This document shows, piece after piece, positions 58,487 to 64,000 of a stretch of 64,000 bases of DNA (positions within the stretch are counted from its first letter, which is position 1; every line of letters starts with the position of its first letter). This DNA is from Schizochytrium sp. TIO01. Its lineage: Eukaryota > Protista > Bigyra: Labyrinthulomycetes. Position numbers and translations under genes: made by a program. The DNA lies in contig SMSO01000033.1 in the NCBI GenBank assembly GCA_004764695.1, forward strand, positions 186,001-250,000. The letters are read 5' to 3'. The notes under the pieces were generated by a model. The model worked only from the letters and a program-made list of their open reading frames with translations. It was not told where the DNA came from and made no database searches.

Positions 58487-60292
58487 GATATGAGCCTCGT
58501 CCAGTGAAACAACTCTAGATTGACTTTTTTTGTACTACCAATTTTTCCTGACATAATAGAATCAACACTCTTCGCATGAGTATCCCAGGCAAAGCTAAAA
58601 CTCGCGGCTTGTTGGGCAACCTACTAAGGGCCTATTTATCGCACTTCGTTCTGCGCAAGATTTTAGTACGGAAGATTTATTCTTGTATACTTTTGCTCCT
58701 CATTAGAGATCTAGAGCGCCTTTAAAAGACTCTTAAAAGTTTCATGCGGTTGTTCAAGCAACCGGAGTTGCAATTACTATATAGTGTTCTACAAGCCACC
58801 GCCGCGTGCTTCTTTGAAATCTTTTTACTGCGCAACTATGTTCGTTGATGGGATTTCGAGACTTGAAATCTATGCATGGGACTTAGAAATGACAGCGTAC
58901 AAGGGAAGCGGAGAGACAAAGACAAATGTTTAGGAAGGAATGACAATCAAATACTCACAGCTCATTAAATCTAAGCATGATTTGATGTGCTTAAAATTTT
59001 CATGATTGTCTTATCATGTGATATCTGGTGACAAGAATCGCACCATTTTTCTCGTTTGATTTAAATCTGACTGCAACCTTCTTGATATTCATCTGAGTCC
59101 TACTTAACTTTGGTTGGAAAGAGATGTCTTGGCAAGACGAGACGATCTCATTGACAGCTCAAACTTCTCAAAAAAAGAAAAAAAGAAAAGAAAACAACCT
59201 TCTGCAAAATTAGAAAGTAAAATTTAAATGAACCGGTGAAGGCTTCCGTTGCCCATCTTTGGCTGGTTTTTGAGGATAAGTTTGTTGCTTTCTTCATAAG
59301 AAATCTTACATTCTTCTTTATGATACTTCTCTACAACGCTTTGTTCCCCATCATCTTCACCGCTTTAAATGATTGAGACTTGTTCTTATCGCAAGACAGT
59401 TTCCCACTGCTGAATATGATCGGGTTGACTGCGAGATGAGGGTAGTGCTGTATTTGTTCTTTGCCTTAATTAAAAGTCTCTTGAAGTTCAACTGCGATTG
59501 GATTCTATCTCTGATCCAAGGTTCTTTCTTTAATTATAGAACAGTACAATAGTCAAGGAAACATATCTTTCTTAAACATTTGGATCATGTAATCAGAGTA
59601 TAATATTCTTGAACCTCAAGCATGGATGTGACCCAACGAGTTCTATATTTCCAAACTCAACATCCAATTCCGGCTATTCTAGGTCTTTTCTCTGTATACC
59701 ATTCGAATATTCGCCCTTAGCCAAATAAAAGCATTAGACCTATCCTACACCACTAACGCTAATAGCATACTTTTACTACTATTGTTCATCGAGCTCAGGT
59801 TTTTTTCCTGCCAGCTTACTTTCTCAGAAACTTGCCGAATGGCTTGTCGGACTGAAGATGCAAAAGTATTGAAGTTCTCTAGCTAGACAATATATATCAG
59901 AATTCATAACACACCACCCTCAAAGCAACTAAACGCTCATCTCAAGGTTCATTCCTTGCAGTCCCTTGGTATTACTACGCCCGATTTAATTCTATGATTC
60001 TACGTTCCTAGACTAGACGATCAGGATCTTCAAGTCGCAAGTGACTTAAAGTCAGTCAGCTCCCCCCTCCCTTATATGATATAGGGAGCTCTGTGGGACT
60101 CAATGATCGGAACGTCTTTGGTTAAAAATTAGGATTCCCAAATCATAACTTGAAGGAAAGGACTCATCAAACTCACAATACCTTGGAGCTCTCCTCCAAC
60201 CTCACGAAACCTTACTTGGGCTTTCAACCACCGTGTGCTTGGGGTTCGATAACACCTGCCTTAGGTCAAGTTACTCTTGCTGTTGCGTTAAG

Positions 60293-61240
60293 ATGCAGGA
60301 TTCTCGCCGATTCGCGCGGCGTGCTGCCGTTCTGCGCCAGCACCTTGTGGCACCTGCTTCAATCGAAGCCGATATGGAGGGGATTTTGAGAAGTGAAACC
60401 TCTGCAGCTCTTGATGCGGAGGCCGAGAAGGATGTCATTACCTACAAGGTGTTGGACGGCGGTATCGGACTCGTGACCTTGAATCGCCCCACGCGCCTCA
60501 ATTCGCTCACGAACGAAATGCAGGCACTCTACTTCGACATGCTCGAAAAGGCCGCTGCTGATGAGAGAGTTCGCGTCATTGTTGTTACTGGAGCTGGTCG
60601 TGCATTCTGCGCTGGTGCGGAGATGGAATTGCTTAAAACTATTGGAAAGTCTGACAGCACCGTTGCTTCCAAGCCTCGCCGCAGCCTCAAGCAATCCCAG
60701 GCCACACGGATTCCAAAGCCCATTATCGCTGCTATCAATGGCCCTGCTGCGGGTCTTGGGTTTGTGCTTGCTATGCATGCGGACATTCGCTTCACCACAT
60801 CCAAGGCTAAGTTTACCTCGGCATTTGCAAAACGTGGTCTTGTGGCTGAGCACGGAAGTTCGTACATCATGCCTCGTGTGGCAGGCGTATCAAATGCCTT
60901 GGACATCTTGCTTTCCTCGCGTGTGTTTCTCGGTGATGAAGCCAAGGAGCTTGGCATTGTTTCGCGCGTTTATCCAGATGCTGACGCACTTATGAAGGCC
61001 ACTCTCGAGTACGCTCGGGAGATGGCTACTTGGTGCTCGCCAGCATCCATGGCGGAGATGAAGCGCCAGGTCTACGAGCACCTAGATCAGGACCAAGATT
61101 CCTCTTATACTGTGTCTGATGACCTCATGAAGAAGTCCTTCCAGCACCCGGACAGCAAAGAGGGTGTTGCAAGTTACGTGGAGAAGCGCGAGCCTACTTT
61201 CCAAGGCCTCAAAGCTGGATTTATCCGTGATCAAAAGTAA
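60293..61240 (+). CDS. Enoyl-CoA hydratase/isomerase (crotonase superfamily) with putative N-terminal PTS2
   Basis: First ATG at 60293. VTLNRPTRLNSL, VIVVTGAGRAFCAGAE, PKPIIAAINGPAAGLG, FAKRGLVAEHG, EGVASYVEKREPTF. Confidence 0.95.
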   Translation: MQDSRRFARRAAVLRQHLVAPASIEADMEGILRSETSAALDAEAEKDVITYKVLDGGIGLVTLNRPTRLNSLTNEMQALYFDMLEKAAADERVRVIVVTGAGRAFCAGAEMELLKTIGKSDSTVASKPRRSLKQSQATRIPKPIIAAINGPAAGLGFVLAMHADIRFTTSKAKFTSAFAKRGLVAEHGSSYIMPRVAGVSNALDILLSSRVFLGDEAKELGIVSRVYPDADALMKATLEYAREMATWCSPASMAEMKRQVYEHLDQDQDSSYTVSDDLMKKSFQHPDSKEGVASYVEKREPTFQGLKAGFIRDQK

Positions 61241-61972
61241 ATTGGCTACTGATACTGAATGGGGAAACTTTTTTTTTCGTACATTTATTTTGCCGACATG
61301 AGCTGGGGAGGGGCAGTATCACCTTAAATTCGATGCCAACGTTCTACCCTACTATGGAATCTTTTTTATTGAGCCAACTGGCAGAAGTTATTTTTAAAAT
61401 TAAACATAAAATATTTCCAAATATGGTCGTTCTTGTAGGCTATTCATCGTGCCATCCTGACTGCACGACATTACTTACTGCATATCTTATTAGCTGTATC
61501 GCAAATCTGCTGTTGGGTCAATCAATCAACGTGCACGGTATGTGAAAAAAAGATTAGTAGATAAAATCTTAAATGAAATAGACAACAGGAAAACTGAATA
61601 CTCATAGAATGTATGTGAGCTGATGTGCCTGGTTTTTGTATATTGAGCGATCGATCTTAAATACGAGGTTCCGTTATTTATAGCTGCGGAGCACCAACAC
61701 AAATCCTTGATTGGGCTAGTGCCAAGAGGTCGCTACTCGTCAATATTTTATTGCAGGAAAAACCTAGGGGAAATTAAGAAAAAAAATTGGTGTTAGCAAC
61801 AGGTTTCCTTTCCTCTTTTATGCGACCAAGAAGAAAAGTATGGTGTAGGCGTGGACCAATGGTATATATATAGCATGACCATTTCGCATTTGGGGAGAGG
61901 AAGAAGACAAGAAATAAAAGGTGATTTTGAATTTTCCAGCCTCTGTTATGCACGCAGCAATGCAGGCAGCAT

Positions 61973-64000
61973 CTATTCTTGGTCTTCATCGGCTACTTCT
62001 TCATCCTGGTCTTCCTCGTCTCCCTTTGGGTGCATGAGCCCTTCCAAAAGCTCATCGAGGATTTCATCTGCAGATTCCAAAGTTGCAGGAGCAACCGCTG
62101 TGGCTCCAGAGGAAGAGGCTTCTGCTTCAGCTTCTTCGGTCTCTTCCTTTGTTGCTTCGCCTTGTTTGCCCTGGCCATGGTTTTCATCAGTAGTTACTGC
62201 TATAGATGCAGCCTCTGCAGAGCCAGATTCATCCGTCCCGCCAGCAGTTTTGACCTCATCGCTCTTTTCAGTGTCGTCCGCATTTTCCGATCCATCCTTG
62301 CTGTTATTGTTGGTTTCACCGGCCGCGTCAGCTGCAGAGGCGGCCAAGGCCGCTCTACGTTGATCTTCAGAAACGAGGTTATGCACAAGAGGTGGAAGCC
62401 AGAACGCAAGCGAGCGTCGCACCTTCTCTGCATAAGTGCATGGTTCTTGGCCTGGAAGGCTGCGCCATACTTGACTGAAGTCTACGGCAGCGCAACTGGA
62501 TTGGTCCTTCTCCTCCACCAATGTTTGCATGCGCTGGCGGGCTTCTGAGGGGAGGATGCTATCGCATACCAAATCTGCCTCAATCCGTTTGGCGGTCTTG
62601 GTCAGTGTAGGTGATTCAACATAGAACCAAGAAAATTGAGAGCGGTTACTCTGCGGAAGGCGAAGGTCATACGGGCTAAAGATGAGACCAAGGAAAGGCT
62701 CAAGGTTGGAAGGTCCGTCACGGAAAAGAGCTTGGTAGTTGGCCTGGTTTGCTACATCACACTGGCTAGGAACTGGTTCAAACGTAGGATGACTATGATA
62801 CCAACCAACCACAGTGAGGCCATCCTTTTGAATAGCCTCTCGCAGGTTCACCTCTGTCATTGGATCCATTTCACATTCTGTGGCTCCGTCAATCATGGAG
62901 CGGCCCGGGTAAGCGCCCTTGATCTCGATACTAAGCTTTTCTGCATCAAAAGTACCTGCCAAAAATCCCATTACCTCTGAGGTAGATAAGTGCGCATGAA
63001 GGTCGACTGTTGCGTAGACACTAGAATGTACCTTGACGTGGAAAGGTTGGGCCCGCGGGCCACTTGCAGGTGGGCCCTGATACTGTGACACTGGAACAAA
63101 CTCAAGAGCTTCGGAAGGCGCTTGAATGAACCGAGTTGCGGTACGCCGGCGCGAGCGATTACGAGAGTACTCTGTGCGACCGTCCGAGCCATAAACTTGC
63201 TGTTGTTTTGCCTGCTGCTTTTCCCAGGCATCTTGCTTCCTTTTAGCCGCAAGGCGTCGTCGTTCTTCAGCAGCCCCAGTGGGTCCTCTACTACGTGCCC
63301 TGCCGCCGCTGCTTGGGGTACCTTTGCCTCCGTCTTCACCATCGTCGCCATCATTGAAGCTTTTATCAACCTTTTGGCCAAGTTTGATGCCCTTGGCCTT
63401 CATACGGGCAAGCAAGACATCGTTGCGTTGACGAGCAGATAGAGTAGATAGGTCAGCAGACTCGTCCATGATATCGAATCCTTCCGGCAATCCGTCGATC
63501 TGAAAAAGCTGGGGATTTTGGGTCTGAGGGCTACTGGTGGCCTCACCCGAGTCAGTGTTAGAAGAAGATATATTGGAATCCAGGCTGGTTTTATCTGTTT
63601 GCGATTCTCCATGGCCTGGGCAGCATGGACGAGGGGAGGAGGGAATTTTCGAGGCAATCTTTGTAGCTTCATCATCTTCCTTTTTCTCCACGGCGGCATT
63701 ATCCTCCGTCGTTGACAGGGTTGCTGACACATCACCAGTAGGGTTTTCTGTATTCTCGGTCTTGACACCGTCTTGGTCACTGGTGTCCATTTTATCAGAA
63801 GCTGCGTCCACGTGTTGGTCATTCTCTGATTGCTTCTCCTCAACCTTTGGTGTGGTGCCACTAGTAACAAGGGCGTCATTAACAACAACAGATTCATCAG
63901 TTGTATTTACTGGTTCTGTTGCGTTTTCAACGGCCTCCTGTTCTCCAGCAGCTTCATCTTGGGCCTTGGCTTTGGCAACAGCTGTGCCTCGTACAGACCT
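61973..64000 (-). CDS. MPN+/JAMM metalloprotease domain protein (MPND/MYSM1-like), 5' end outside the window
   Basis: DLHAHLSTSEVMGFLAG...CEMDP...VVGWYHSHPTFEPVPSQCD has an intact JAMM motif (E...HxH-x7-S-x2-D). I read the frame upstream of 63811 codon by codon and it stays open to 64000. Confidence 0.88.
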   Translation of the reverse strand, partial: RSVRGTAVAKAKAQDEAAGEQEAVENATEPVNTTDESVVVNDALVTSGTTPKVEEKQSENDQHVDAASDKMDTSDQDGVKTENTENPTGDVSATLSTTEDNAAVEKKEDDEATKIASKIPSSPRPCCPGHGESQTDKTSLDSNISSSNTDSGEATSSPQTQNPQLFQIDGLPEGFDIMDESADLSTLSARQRNDVLLARMKAKGIKLGQKVDKSFNDGDDGEDGGKGTPSSGGRARSRGPTGAAEERRRLAAKRKQDAWEKQQAKQQQVYGSDGRTEYSRNRSRRRTATRFIQAPSEALEFVPVSQYQGPPASGPRAQPFHVKVHSSVYATVDLHAHLSTSEVMGFLAGTFDAEKLSIEIKGAYPGRSMIDGATECEMDPMTEVNLREAIQKDGLTVVGWYHSHPTFEPVPSQCDVANQANYQALFRDGPSNLEPFLGLIFSPYDLRLPQSNRSQFSWFYVESPTLTKTAKRIEADLVCDSILPSEARQRMQTLVEEKDQSSCAAVDFSQVWRSLPGQEPCTYAEKVRRSLAFWLPPLVHNLVSEDQRRAALAASAADAAGETNNNSKDGSENADDTEKSDEVKTAGGTDESGSAEAASIAVTTDENHGQGKQGEATKEETEEAEAEASSSGATAVAPATLESADEILDELLEGLMHPKGDEEDQDEEVADEDQE

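Overview
Eukaryotic genomic window with intronless or intron-poor genes, microsatellite-rich intergenic DNA and housekeeping genes such as SEC24, WRAP73 and TMEM161. The style suggests a protist, perhaps a thraustochytrid/labyrinthulomycete stramenopile, but this is an impression I cannot prove from the sequence. The central 40 kb holds two nested paralog arrays. Three giant secreted proteins on the + strand (13.4-18.4, 29.4-35.4, 38.3-42.8 kb) share a signal peptide, a conserved R-x-x-L-type processing site, a Cys-rich VWD-like/C8-like head with a WGDP(Y/F)C motif, PAN/Apple-like domains and kilobase Pro/Thr tetrapeptide mucin-like tracts of differing chemistry (Lys-rich, Asp/Ser/Ala-rich, Gln-rich). 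They are bracketed by three paralogous His-box membrane oxidoreductases of the fatty-acid hydroxylase/sterol desaturase superfamily on the - strand. This looks like a candidate mucin-like extracellular matrix or adhesive locus. The flanks carry an ARM-like protein on the left and, on the right, WRAP73, TMEM161, SEC24, a small Cys-rich orphan, an enoyl-CoA hydratase/isomerase with a PTS2-like signal and a 5'-truncated MPN+/JAMM protein. I saw no tRNA, rRNA, CRISPR array or intact transposon.
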